A stretch of DNA of 61,607 nt, counting the filler, from Sphacelaria rigidula (lineage: Eukaryota), in NCBI GenBank assembly GCA_964200075.2. It is 7 parts of 7 records of this genome, joined end to end, with 100 filler letters (N's around TTAATTAATTAA, not from the genome) between each part and the next. Parts side by side here need not be neighbours in the genome. Positions count along the whole stretch, not along the records: positions 17,634 to 26,348 come from CAXNAA020010289.1; positions 26,449 to 35,163 come from CAXNAA020010290.1; positions 35,264 to 43,978 come from CAXNAA020010291.1; 4 more parts are not named here. The stretch is one strand, 5' to 3'. The notes below the pieces were generated by a model. That model was not told the DNA's origin. It was given only the letters and a program-made list of their open reading frames with translations, and did no database searches. Below, piece after piece: positions 25,901 to 39,130 of the stretch (within the stretch, counting starts at the first letter, position 1; the number at the start of each line of letters is the position of its first letter). The position numbers were made by a program, and so were the translations under genes.

Positions 25901-28900
25901 GGTATGGCATGACTCTCACAGTGTATGATTTAGAGGCGTATTTCTTCGAAGCTTGCGACCTGCAATGTGCTCGAACCTCATCGGAAACTCCAGGTTTTCC
26001 TTACCTCCGCCATCTACAGCCAGCTTGCATAGAGGTTGCACTATCCTTTCTCACTCGCCATATTACAATATATACTCTGCAAGGTGTAAGGTGCGGTCTG
26101 CTCGCGAACCTGAAGTGGGGGTCGGCCTATCTCCTCCCTGCTTCGGTGACGCCATCTGTCACTTGGGGGCCCCGCTCTGGGTCACGTTTTACACTTTATC
26201 TTTTTTCTTTCGGAAGGGAGGGAAACTTCACCTTGTTCTTCGCTCCCTCATGACAATGCTCCGTCTCGAAAGGGAGGCCTCTCACCTCTAGACTCTTGGG
26301 TTGGCGTCGAGTGGCAACGGCGCTGTACCAACAACCCCCCAAAACCTANNNNNNNNNNNNNNNNNNNNNNNNNNNNNNNNNNNNNNNNNNNNTTAATTAA
26401 TTAANNNNNNNNNNNNNNNNNNNNNNNNNNNNNNNNNNNNNNNNNNNNTGAGACGATTTGATAACCAAAACAACTGGGTACGCGCCCCCAACCCTCCCCC
26501 CCAAACACACGAAAAGCCACCCCAAAAAAAAAAAAAAAAGCGAAATATGAGCTGTGTGAAAACATTAAGATAATCCCGGGGTTTGGTTGAAAACAATCGA
26601 ACGGCAGACACGTTTCTCCATCTTTTTTCTTCCCCCAGGGTAATTTTTTTGCATCGAAAATCACCCGACCCCCCCAAAAGCCACGGCATTTCGGCGGTTG
26701 ACAATTGTTGCTAAAATTGTTACCATCATTTCACAACAACATCGATACTCAATAAAAGAGTGAAAGAATCCGAGCTAGTGCGGCCGATGGCGGAGGGCTC
26801 CCCTCGTTACCTTTTTGAGCCGTGTGCGTTGGCCAGCGTTGGAGAAGACGTTCGTTCCACCTCGCTCATCAGACGCGATGGGAGCAGCAGTATGCGCGAC
26901 GAGTGCACAGGTGTGAAAAGAGATCGTTTCCCGCCCGAGGTGTTCGTCGGTGTTTTTGGAATGAATATTCCGCCCGTACCTCTCGATTGGCCACGGGGTG
27001 ATTGTTTTCCCCAAAATATATCGTTCCCCTCCCTGGGGGCTTTCAAAGGATATGACGGCCAAGGCATGAAGAGACGGCTGACTATGCTATTTTTGAGTCA
27101 TGTCACGGTAGGGGTTTCACATTTGGACCCACATCTCTGTCATTACTCAGGGGCTCCCGAAGCTAGAAGCTACACAAGAACATGGTTCAGGACACATTCC
27201 AGCTGTCAGATTCATTCGGGATATCTCTAGCCCACCGGGGTGCTAATCGCTGATCTCGACACTTCGAAATCGCATCAAATATCTGCGCACTCCCTACAGT
27301 AGTATTAATCTCTTGGGGGTGATCATGATGTCAGGCGCTAGCGCTGCCAGCATGATAAGGTGTTGTGGAATGTGGAATGTTCACGTGGGGCCCGAACCGC
27401 TGAGCTAACAGATTCTTCTTTACGGTTGTTCCATGGTGATCGTACGTGCAAGGTGAGGGGAAAGCGAATGGAAATGTCACAACGCACCCTCACTCATCGT
27501 TCAAGAAGGCCCTGCTCTTATCCGAGATATATTATTTTCGAATTATAATAATCCACAGGTTGGTCTGACACACAAGCTTTGACCCAGAGGCATCAAATCT
27601 TCTTTCGCCGGAAGAGAACCGTTATCTAATCATGATGTGAATACCACGTACCACACAGTAAGGGGAAAATCCCCACACAACCAAGTGGTGTCTGCCGAAA
27701 ACCAGTCACCTGTCAACATTCAGTCTGATCTTGCCGTCATCACGGTTACCATGGAAATGCCCTTCGACACTTACATCGTTATCCCCTTATCTATCCCTCC
27801 GAGCTGCAAGCACGGCCAACAGTAAATAACACAGACATTGAGCAACAAAAGATATCTCGATGGAGCAAAGGGGTGCCCGACAAAAATTCGGCGACGCAAC
27901 ACCGACCCGCCACAACCTGGCACCAGAACGAGCTAATGAAGGGATGATACCCTGGGGGATGACCTCGCTCCTACGATCGACGAGCAGTTGAAGGAAGTTC
28001 ACGCCACGTTGATGTATGCTAAATCAAGAAAGCAAGGATACCTCCCACGAAAAGAAAATGCACCTGTTCGACAAGCGACGTGCCACGAAGACCCGTTGTC
28101 AAACTTCCTTCCCTCATCTCTGAAGGATATATATATATATATATAAATCAATGGATCGCAAAGTATACGAGTTTCAGCCTGATGTTCACCTTAACCTTCA
28201 AAAGCAGCTATTTTTCTTGACAGTGGTCTTGTGAATGGACCAAACATCATCTACTCGGTCACCCGTTCCGTCGATAAAGTCATACTATGCGTTGTTAATC
28301 AAGAAGACTGACTCTCTTTCCACCAATATTCAAGCAAAAACAAAAGTCCACCTGTTGTTCACTTTTCCGAAAGAAAGAAAAAACCATCCGAAAAAAAAAA
28401 CGTTTCGAAAATCTCGATCGCAAGACTGACTATTACCGGAGTACTGCACCACTGTACCGTATACTATAGCATACAAACACGCAAGGCTGTCCAAAAAAGG
28501 CAAAGCTGACTGCCATTTTAATGTACACAGCAGTACAGTATCCACACGGCTCAGCAGGACTACACTCAATAGATGGCCCTGCAGGCACAACATCCGACAT
28601 TGCTTTGTACGACGTCGTATCGATAGAGTACGCAAAATAACAAACAGTCTGTTTGATTACTGCGCCACACACCACCACCACCACAATATTATCGCCAGTG
28701 ACCGCAGAACGATCAAAGGCGCCTGCTCAATACAAAAACAGAAGATAATTCGCAAAATCAGGGGGTGTTCATTTCATCGATCAACATGATTTTCGCCCGC
28801 GTGCCTGCTGACTCTCGTGTCCCACCATGTCACGATAACACGATGCGCGTGCAACCTCTCATCTCTTCCTGCGACTCGCTCACCACATGGTCTGGGTATC

Positions 28901-31900
28901 CCTCGAACACGGACACACGCGCGCCCTTCTGCCCACGATTTCATCTCCAACCTTCCCCAACGCTCATGCAATCAAGCAAGCGGAGGAAAAAGCCGAACAA
29001 ATCAAGAGAAAAAAAAAAAGAAGCGTGCTACAATGGCAATATCACACGTACAGGCAGACATCAAGATATATATATATATATATATGTATCGCAAGCATGC
29101 AGCAGCGCAGATGGGGCGGCGAACGTACTTGCACCTGAAAAAATAACGCACTACATGAAGTGATGCAGCATGCGAAACCGAAAAATGAACATGTCTTCCT
29201 TCCTACCTTGGAGAGCTACAAGCCAACTACGGAAAGTAAAAGGATGAACGTACGTACGTGAAACCAATCGATTCACCAGTGCACCACCAAAACATGACGC
29301 ACGGCCTGAATCGAACGAAGAAAGCAACAAAAACAGAAAACGGTTACCACCATCCTCAAAAAGAGGATATCGTTTTGCCTCCATCCTGAGATACAGTACA
29401 ACCACTGAAGGTGCGAATGAACCGACTGGCCCACGACGTACGAAATGTCGCCCTTACTGTACGGTGGATATTTTCACCACGACAAACAACAAGCGCCCAA
29501 AAGCGGGATCGAGAGTGAAGAGAGTAGCTCAACAAATTCAAGACAAGGAAGGCTTAATGACGCCGCCTGTAGATTACGCGTGTGATTTTATTTTATCTTG
29601 TCATTCATGACTCGAAAAAAAAAATGTGACGAACATGCTCACGACTGATGCCACGATATCCCCCCCCCCCCGCAGTTTCCATTGGGCTCATGACCACGGC
29701 ATGCAAGCTCATGCGTAGATGCCACCAGGAAAGTGGCTGGTTTCACGAGGCATAGTCTACGCGAAAAATCCAAATGACAGACGACGACCACACCGTGTAG
29801 TTGGGAACTCCTACGCTTGGGATTGTTTTCGCCGATGTCACCAATATGAGGTACTTCATGCACTCTGAAACCAGCTACATGCGCTGTATGGCCACTTTCT
29901 TCGTGGAAGTTTTGGAGCTCGTTTGGGGAGGGGGGGTATCGCGGCATCAGTCTCACATGGGAGTTGCAGGGTGGATACGAATACACCATCAACCCATCAA
30001 CAGGAGAGGAGGGGGGAAAGAACGCACGATGATGAAACACGCACGCGTAACAACCATCAACCAAAAAAAGCGGAAAGTGGTAGACTTACGAAACTCGAAA
30101 GCAGCATTCGCCTCGCAAAAATTGCAAAACTCAACAGCAGCGTTCGCCTCGCACGAATTGTAAAACTATAAAAAAAACAGACGAAACATGTGTTGGTGCT
30201 CCCAGTCGATCACGTTACACTACAAGAACAAAAAACTAGGGCAAGAATAATACACATACTGTTTGTATGCATCACGTGTCAAGAAAGAAAAGTGAAACAG
30301 AAAATACGCCAGGCAACTGATATGACAGCACCAGGCTTGAAAAAAAAAAAAAAACTGCTTACAGCTCTCGTCGACTCTGCCCCTCCCCCCCAACCTTCCC
30401 TTCGTCCTATCTCGAGGAGGCATTAGGCAATCACTTGCCACACACTATCTTCTGATTGATGGTCCAAGGCCATCATACATGAAAAATACAAGAAAAGCAC
30501 AAAATTGCCATCAACTGAAAACACGAGAGTCAAGGCTGACGGGATAGCAAGAAAAGGATTTCAGCACAACAGAAGAAATTGTCTTTCCCCCTCTTCCACC
30601 GCATCCCATCTCGCCTGCGCCGCTGACCTCGTCTTATGGCATTCTTCGTCAGACTCGAAGATCTGGCGGGGGAATAAATCCGTCAAAAGAGCAGAACGAA
30701 CGACGTGCAAAGAATGCAAGTACTAACCCCCCCCCCCGCCCCCCCACCCTACCCTCCCTCTGGCAACAAGCTAGGTTACTGATTCCGTTGCGCCAGAGCA
30801 CATCCAATTGCCCGCTCCCATACCCCCGTAAGGACTCTTCACCTCGCTAGAAAGCAGATAGCCCTCGTACGGAGCAGAGGAAGGAAGTCGAGGCCAATTG
30901 AGTGCACAAATGACGTCAGCTACACTCACAGAAAACATGAAGCAGGCAAAACGGACAGGGGGGGGGGGGGGGGAATAACGACTCTTCTGTTAGATGACTC
31001 ACTAAAACAATGAAAATCACAACAAACGCTTCCCTCTCCACCAGAAAAAAAAGGCACCCATCTATAGAAAAACGGGGATAACTTCTTCTCTTCCTTTCCC
31101 TCGTACTGGTACAAGCTATTGTACGCGGCCTCTTCCTGGGACACCACGCCGCCCCCACCAATAGCAACTGATAGCACCCGTGCCCGCCTGGTGGGACGGA
31201 GCATGAGCTCGCGACATTTCAAGGATGCGAAGTGAAGAGAGCCGACGAACGACTACTGCATGCGCCGTGAGTGAAACTCGCCTCCGCGAATCCGCCCTAA
31301 GGAACATCAACGTATCACTCAGCGCCCTGCCTGCGTTACCGCCTTTACTACCCCCGACCCGACCTCCTTCAGTGCGCATTCATACTCATCTGAAGAAACG
31401 GATTGACTACCTTACCCCCTCCCGCCTCGGCCCTCCATCCTTCCGCGTACCTTTCCCCGTAAAAATTGCATGAAAAAATACATCGAATAACCACACACAC
31501 CAAAGACAAAACTTTTCCGTTTCCCCTACTCGCCGCAGTCATCAACGGACGTAGTACAAGAAAACGGTCCACATCGCCACACACTCGAGCAACTCACCCA
31601 GCTGGGTACCGGCGCGTAGCATGATATATATAAAGCACACGCGAACGATGGTCGAATTAAGTACAACTCATGAATTGATGTATGCCAGCGTAGTCTACAC
31701 TTGCCCGCCTTTTCCTCATCATGCGTGCTGCCAAAGAAACTCACGGTATGTTTCACACACATCATTGTTGCTCGGGACTTATTCGGGAAAACACCCCCAC
31801 AACCCCCACACGCAAAGAGGATGGGAGATTCCCCGTCGAGCAGTCAACAAACCACTGAAGTTCGTCAGTGGTGGTCCGAAACGTCAGTTACCGTCACAGT

Positions 31901-32531
31901 CAGCCCCTTGCACGTTGAAACGTCGGTGGTCAGTGGCAGCCATGCCATTTTGATCAACACCGTAAAAATCAATACCATGCCCTTCGAAACCTCGTGGAAT
32001 GGTGCAGTAAGTAACAGCACTCTCAAGGATAACAATGGAAATGTGTCCATTTTCCGCCCTCCATATTCCCGTCACCGGTACACACTGAAAGGTTTGTTTT
32101 ACAAACACATGACAGCTATCGCTGTAGCGGGGCCAACATCACATGTCTGTATGATATATGGACACATGTATACACATTTATATATTTATATATATATATA
32201 TTCGCTTGAAATTGACCTGGGTAACATGAAGTGACGCCAAGACAAAGGACACAACCAACGACAAAGGACTCACCCACACACTAAGAAATCGAAACAAGCA
32301 ATACGGAAACCTCAAATGACAGCTAACGGGCACGTAAAAAATTGGATGAAACTACTCCTGTTGCAAAAAAAACACGTCGTCACCACCTAAGGGCACAGAC
32401 GCATTTGCGACAATACAAATCGGACTGAACAAAACTCAGTCTACAGAAATACACATATCATACTCCCTAAACCTCACTTGACACAAACATTACTAAAGAC
32501 GGAAAAACAAAGAAGAGGAGCGTTTTACCTC

Positions 32532-34719
32532 TCAGCAAAACACCTCCGCCGAAACCGCAGAGGCGCTATCTAACGAAAATTCGCTATCGACGATATCGTT
32601 CAAGAAGTGGGACAATTCATCGCCCGCCTCCTCGTCAAGCCACGAGCAATCCGTGACTGCCCCGATTTCTTCCTCGACTGATCCCGACAGTGGGAAACTA
32701 TCTGCCGCCGCCTTCTCCCCAGCCTGTGCAGCGGCGTTAAAGCTAGCACCGCTGCCATCGCGTTTTGATCTGATAGCACCGCCGACGCCACCACCGCCGC
32801 CGCTAATATGCTGTAGCGCGCTGGGTCCGTCGTCCCAGCGGCCAACAGACGCTTGGGCTATCTCAGTTGATGGACCGACGGGGCGAGTAGATGCCACAGC
32901 GTGTCCTCCGTCATCACAACCGAGCGACCGGCCACCGCCGCCGCCGCTCATCAGCGGAACCCCGCCACCAGGCGACGTGGATCCCGGCACGTGCAACGAA
33001 ATATCTCCGTTTTCGCTTCCCCCCCGCGCGCCGGCACTACTGGCAGCCGTGCGTTCTCCCCTGTCCCTGAAAGATCCGACGTTAACGCCGTCACCGCCAC
33101 CAATCTGAGTCATTTTCCGATGAGGCAACATGGACCCCTGGACACGAGAAAATGGATTCACGTCCCCGATTCGCGGCTGTTCACGGGCACCAGAGGCCGG
33201 GCGTCCTCCACCTCCACTGAACACACCACCAGCGCTAACCTGCGGCATACCGCCGGGAGGCGACGCAAACCCATGACCGCGGGAAGATTGAGGCCCCCCC
33301 TCGCTTCCTTCCTGGGCGCTAGGACTCAGACTACTTTCCGTGAGTCTTCCGCCCCCGAAACTCAACTCGCCCCGGCTGCCGTCGCCGCTGACAACCCGCG
33401 CCATTTCGTCGGAAGGCGACACAGATCCGTAGACGTGGGACGACTGCGGGCCTCCTCCGCTGCCCCCGTGCGCGCCGACACCACCGCCACAGCGATACAT
33501 GCCCACCAGATCGCTCATCTCGTTCCGGGAGCGCCAATTGCGCTGCTTCCTGTCGTCGGGGATGACTCGAGGGACGACGCATCGGAGCTCATGCGTAGCA
33601 GCGGTGCCTTGATGCGCAGGCGATTCGGAAAATTTCGGGAGCTCCGACAGCTCGGCGTTTTGAGTTGCTCCGGGATACGAGTAACGGCGTTCTGGTGTCA
33701 AGGAGAACAGAAATGAACCGGCGGGGTGGAAGTACGGCGTGACTATCGTTATACTCGTGAGAATCTCCGCGGATGAGTTACCGCGTGCATGTTCCAGGGC
33801 CTGGCTCAAAGTATTCCCTTCCATCACACCAATTTGCCTTGAACGAGAATACCGAAAACAGAGCCACCATGTTGTCATAAGCTGGTTCCGGCCACACTTT
33901 TGCACTTTTTCGCCGTGTTGCTTTGCTTGTTCGTCAACAAATTGAAACAATACTTCCCAAGAATTACTACGGAAACGAAACGATGCGCATTCTGTTTATT
34001 TTATTCACTGAGCCGCCGTGTTACTGAATGCACGCGTGAAAACGCTGAGATGGACTCACCGATACCCTGAGGGTGCTGGTTGGTGCCTAGAAGCAGCTCC
34101 AATTTCGTCGGTTTCCGATGGAACGCTTTCCCTCCCTGCGGCGACCAGATACCAAAAAGCACGAGAAAAAATATGGACAGGGGAGTGACGTTGATAACTC
34201 TCAGCACTGACACAACAGAAGACACAACACACACAGTACACGGTCGAAACCAACGCATGTAGGATCTATTAAAGATTTTCCTGTAATATTTCCTTCATGT
34301 TTTTTCACAATATCAAAAACCCTTGTGAGCAAAGTCTCTCTCTTCCTCTCTCTATCTCTGTCCGTCTGTCTACCCGTCTCTGTTTCTGTCCCCCGTGTAA
34401 TTCAACATCACCCAAGACAGCTGTGCCTCGAGCTTGCTTGGCACCGATAGGTCACACCAACGTCGGTGCTGCGCTCATGACACCAGGGTGTATTTCTTCA
34501 ATGCCATTGCTGTTGAACTCTAAGGAGTGGGGCACGGCGCTCATCAAGGAAACACATCAAGTCACGACATAAGGACACCATGCTGCGTCTCCAGCAACGA
34601 AGCAGTAAACATATGTTGTACCCCGTTCTATTCCATGTGCATCCAAGTTTGATGGGAGTGATCACTCTTACCTCGTCGTCGGAGCTGCACAATGTGGACC
34701 CTTCCGAGTCGCTTAGCAT
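32532..34719 (-). CDS. Hypothetical protein with a long Gly/Ser-rich low-complexity exon; may continue into downstream exons at 28400-32000
   Basis: Exon 34719-34672 (MLSDSEGSTLCSSDDE|gtaag), exon ~34135-34060 (ending |gtgagt), a strong pyrimidine-rich acceptor at 33692, then >1.1 kb of GC-rich open frame (ORF 32532-33950) ending in an acidic/aromatic DELSHFLNDIVDSEF segment. Confidence 0.6.
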
Positions 34720-35263
34720 CCCAGCCTTCTCGTGTGCGATCAGATGGCCGACGAAGCACGCACACGCAACATGAAAAAAAACGGGGGGGCAGTACCAGCA
34801 GCAACAAAAGCAGCAGTAACAGCAAACACGTAAGCGGTGAGCAGGATTCAATATGGCGACGATAGTTGATAACGGCTCACACTTAAACGCCGTTGAGACG
34901 GCGACAACCCAGGTTACGACTTAAACAACACAGCACAACTCGACGGGCGAAGGGTGTACTCATGATCATGCATGCCATAGTCATCAAACCATTGACCTCG
35001 CATCCCTACAGAGCCGGGACGGAGGCCGGGTTTTCACCGGACCAGGCTCGAGGCGTTCGATGGGCGAAGGGGGGGGGGGGGGGGGGGGGGGGGGGGCCGG
35101 GGGGGGGGGAAACAAAACAAAACAAAAGGGGGCGGAGGGGGGGGGGGAGAAACACACCCCCCCNNNNNNNNNNNNNNNNNNNNNNNNNNNNNNNNNNNNN
35201 NNNNNNNTTAATTAATTAANNNNNNNNNNNNNNNNNNNNNNNNNNNNNNNNNNNNNNNNNNNN

Positions 35264-36142
35264 GTGCGCATTAGGTGGTGTACATCTGATGTAGCATGCA
35301 GTATGGGTCGTGGTAGAGAGCTTCCAACAGAATGCGGCGATCGGCGGGCTGCTCGCCACTTGTAGCTTTTGATGATACTTTTTTCATCGCCACCTTGCCA
35401 CACAGCCCTTTGTGGTCGGGGTGGGCCGCCATTTCCCCCCTTGTTGCATGCGGCAAATTCTCTCCGAAGGGTATCAGCGTTGCCGCGCGCATGCATACAA
35501 CAGTATAGTACAGTACAGTGTAGTACGTCTATCCGACTAAAGCAGCAGTTGCCGCTGCATACTCCCTTGCACGTTCTGGGCAAATCTCAGCTACCGAAAT
35601 CAGCTGCCTATAAACAGCTTTATCATCCCCATCCATTACATACATGTGGACTGCACACTGCAAGTCACCGGCAGAGTGATACGCAGAATTCATTACGGTA
35701 GCTCCTGTTGTCTTTCCACAGCCCACCTGGATTATGTGCCTCGTGAAAATGACCACATGGAAGCATGTACACTTGTTCCCGGTTTTTTCCGGGCCACCCT
35801 GTGTGAGTGTAAACTATTACGTTTCAGTAGAAAATTGGGACCCAAAAAACAGTCCGGAAAAACTCGGGTACGGTATACTGAGAGCAAGTAATACCATAAA
35901 ACCAAGCTGCGACCACCCTGCACTTGGAAACCTGGGGAGGCTATCTGGGCCAGGGATGGGCCCCCACACGATAGTTGCAGTGGCATTACACTTGACAACA
36001 ACCCCCGCGCTGATCGTTCGGATCTGGTCGATAAATTTCGCCTCGCCGTGATTGGTCAGGTCGCTCGAAGACATATTTTTAATTATTTCACCAACACAGG
36101 GTCAACCCTGTGTTAGCGGGGGTCCGGTCCCAAAAGGGTTAA
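35264..36142 (-). mobile_element. piggyBac-ended non-autonomous element, copy 1 (cut by contig start)
   Basis: Reverse complement of ~48240-49125; the terminus reads TTAA-CCCTTTTGGGACCGG on the minus strand at 36142. Confidence 0.7.
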
Positions 36143-37930
36143 TACATCTTCCAACGAACAACCAACGTGGAATTCAGTACATGGGCTTACTTGCGGCGCT
36201 TGAGAATATCCTGCTGGGCTTTCCAGTTATCGTCTACCTTCGAGCGTCCTGTGTTCGCCTGTACATACGACCGACCCCAAAACAGGAACAACCGGGACGC
36301 GTGCAGCAAGAGGAAGCGGAAGAAATTTTGGAGGGTCACCGCATGGCGCAACGACGTAGACATTCCGTTAGCCGATAGGATCTTGCACATGCACATGTAC
36401 GCACGCGGCATGGATCACTGGCATACGTGCATGTGTTCGGGTACACGACTTCCACCGATGAATCAAGGGATGGGGTACCGGAGCGAAGACTGTTATTTTT
36501 CGTGTAACTTTCAGCCTCAATCTACCCATTTCTGATGGTGGAGATCGTGGATACAACCTGCCCGGTATGATACAGCGTATCACCGTATCTAGTTATTTCA
36601 CGTTGGGGAGGGAGGGGGAAAGGGGGGCGTCGACTGCACAAAAAACTGGAGTTCATGGTCTTGTTACACGACGTCAGACGCCCATCATGGACCTGGATAT
36701 GGGCGAAACGCCGAGTGGTCTGTATACGTGTATCTTGATCACAAAGGCATTCAACAAATGGAATTTGCTGGCTTGTTCATGCAAGGAGTGGCGCAAAATA
36801 CCCCCGCCCCCTCCAAGATTGCAATTTTTCATTTCCAACTTCGATATTTTGATATTTTCGGTGAGTGCCCGAGATCTTGGAATGTATCGGCAACAAAACG
36901 AGTTCCGATCTCCCACAGCGCCCCAGCTTCTCAATAAAATCAAGACCTGAGCAGCGATCGCTGGGGTGGGGTCATTCTCGCAGTGCAAGTACGGTGCGAG
37001 GTGCGCGCAACGAGCTGTCGAGTCGTGCAACAGATTGAGAGCAAAACGTGGGAAATGTTCAAAACCTCTGGCCTATCAGCTATCAACGATGTTACGGTAT
37101 AAACCTGCTCACTGTACTGTGCTGTTCGATCACCGGTACGCCTGACTACTTTGAATGTACCATGCACTTGAACTCCCCTCACCGTCCAACGGCAGTTGGA
37201 TCTTTGATATTTCTCTCTCCTAAATACGTCCTAACGGATTACAAGTACAGGACGTACAAGAACAACAGCACAGTCAAGTACAAATTGCAATATATTTTCC
37301 AAGCATGTGGTGCATGTCGGCAACGGAAGCAATGCATATGTCTCGAAGGAGGTGTTTTGTCCAGCATCCAGAACTCTAGGTGGGATGGGTTCGGCGTGTG
37401 CTGCTCGTATTCCATCACGGACAGAGGACAGAAAGATGACACGAACTCTAGGTGAAATGTCCCTTGGTAATTCGTCCCGAACCGTCACGACAGTCACCGA
37501 CTGGTCGATACACGTCGGACACCGTCACGTCTGAAATCTGACAACCTTTGAATGATCACATAACTGTCGTCTGTGACTAGGCACACAGTTGTATACTCGC
37601 ACAAGATGAATGCCCTAGAGGGTACATGTACGACAGCGACGAGGAACCGAGCAAATATCACAAAATTGTACTCTACAAGCACGACCTGGTCACCTAAGCA
37701 AGATATGTCTCACGGCATACCGGTTGACCGGCGTCGCTGTCCTGCGAGCCATATTGTTGAGCTCACGTACGACGTGGCCAAAACGGCGGGTAGTTTCAGT
37801 TTCAGTGCGGAATCTGTTCATGATGTCATGTGTGATGCGGGATACCATCCAAAACCACGCTTTCGAAAACAGAAAACACAAGAGTAAGCCCAGTATACTC
37901 GACATAGTGATGAACTTGACCAGCTGTGAA
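36143..37930 (+). mobile_element. Possible decayed PIF/Harbinger transposase region
   Basis: Frameshifted fragments PDYFECT, RTYKNNSTVKY, GSNAYVSK and IVELTYDVAK fall in the order expected for the DDE_Tnp_4 motifs (DCTE, YK..T.K, G...YVS, IA..RI.VE). Confidence 0.4.
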
Positions 37931-38121
37931 CCCTGTGATGCAAAGCAGAACTTCACGGTCGCTTTCTGTGTGCTGCCTGAGCCGCGTGCCGAACAGCAAA
38001 ACAGCACAGACAACGATGCGTTACTGGTACTGTTTACGTTTCACCCTGGTGAATCCAGGTATGACAGCGATTCAAATCGCCCCCATTCACCCTTGATCAA
38101 CTGCATAATGAAATACTACAC

Positions 38122-38319
38122 CTCACGGCTCCCGCCAAAGTCCCACAGCTTCATCTGCATGCTGCTCGTGCTGCTGCCCGAACTGACAGCTCTAGCCGTA
38201 CCCAACCTCGCGCCGGGTGCCCCGACAAAAGCTGCAGCGGTCCTCCGACTCCCTGACGAAGCCGAGACAACGGATAACGCAACCGCCGCCGTGGCGGAGG
38301 TAATCAAAGCTACCCTCAT
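38122..38319 (-). CDS. First exon of a putative plastid-targeted protein (bipartite leader); remaining exons not identified
   Basis: MRVALITSATAAVALSVVSA...AAAFVGAPG...SSMQMKLWDF gives a hydrophobic signal, an A-F cleavage-type motif and a Ser/Ala/Arg-rich transit region, followed by a GT donor. Confidence 0.55.
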
Positions 38320-39130
38320 CGTTGTGACAGTTATTTTATTGAAGAAACGAGGATTGATTAATGAATCGCGAGGAACGCTGACCCCAGGAGTTCTTGTGAT
38401 AGCAGCTATACGTGGTTCTGATTGTGGAGGCCGTGCTAAACAGTATCTCTCGGAAACGTCCACAGAGAAGATACGTGGCTGGTTTTTACAATGACAAAGT
38501 CATCCAGTGTCAGAGTTAGAAAATGGTTATTATTCACGCGTCTCTGATGTATCCTCTTTCCACAAGCTGTGTAGGGCTGAACGGTGACGGATGCGGCCTG
38601 TGGTGCTGCACAAGCTTTCTCATGAAGACCGACCTGATTCATAGCTACTGCCAGGTATTAAAGAGTGCGGTCTCAATATATTTTCAACTGCTCCAAGTTC
38701 AAGTGAAACTGCAACCACCGTTTTACACACACATGTACGAGTGTCAGCTGGCAGAAGTGCCCATAGCTACACTATTGCTTCACCGGTGTTGATTTCAGAT
38801 CTACCGCACCTTGCTGTTACAAAACCGTCGTAAGCAGTTCTACACTTTTTCACCAGGGCAGTGCGATTAGGCTTCGGGTACAGGCGCCATGTAGAGAAAA
38901 TAAACGCCATAAAAAACACTTGGAATAGTCAAGTGCACAAAACTGTTCCGAGTTACTGTCAAATCCCAGCAGAGCTGGTATCAGGCACCCGTCACGTCGA
39001 CAACAGTAGGTACATACAACAATACACTTCATTACATTCGGCATAGCTAGTTCCGTAAGTGCATCGCGTTCGAAATGCCGTTAGTATGCTCAAGACAGCA
39101 CATGTGACGGCTAAGAAGTCGTTGCAACCG

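Noticed and set aside
32653-33716. Long plus-strand ORFs (151 and 271 aa), and similar shadows at 42363-43545 and 55047-56753
   Set aside because: Antisense or alternative frames of GC-rich real exons.
37724-38494. 256-aa plus-strand ORF
   Set aside because: No motifs; it is largely the antisense shadow of the plastid-leader exon plus TE debris.
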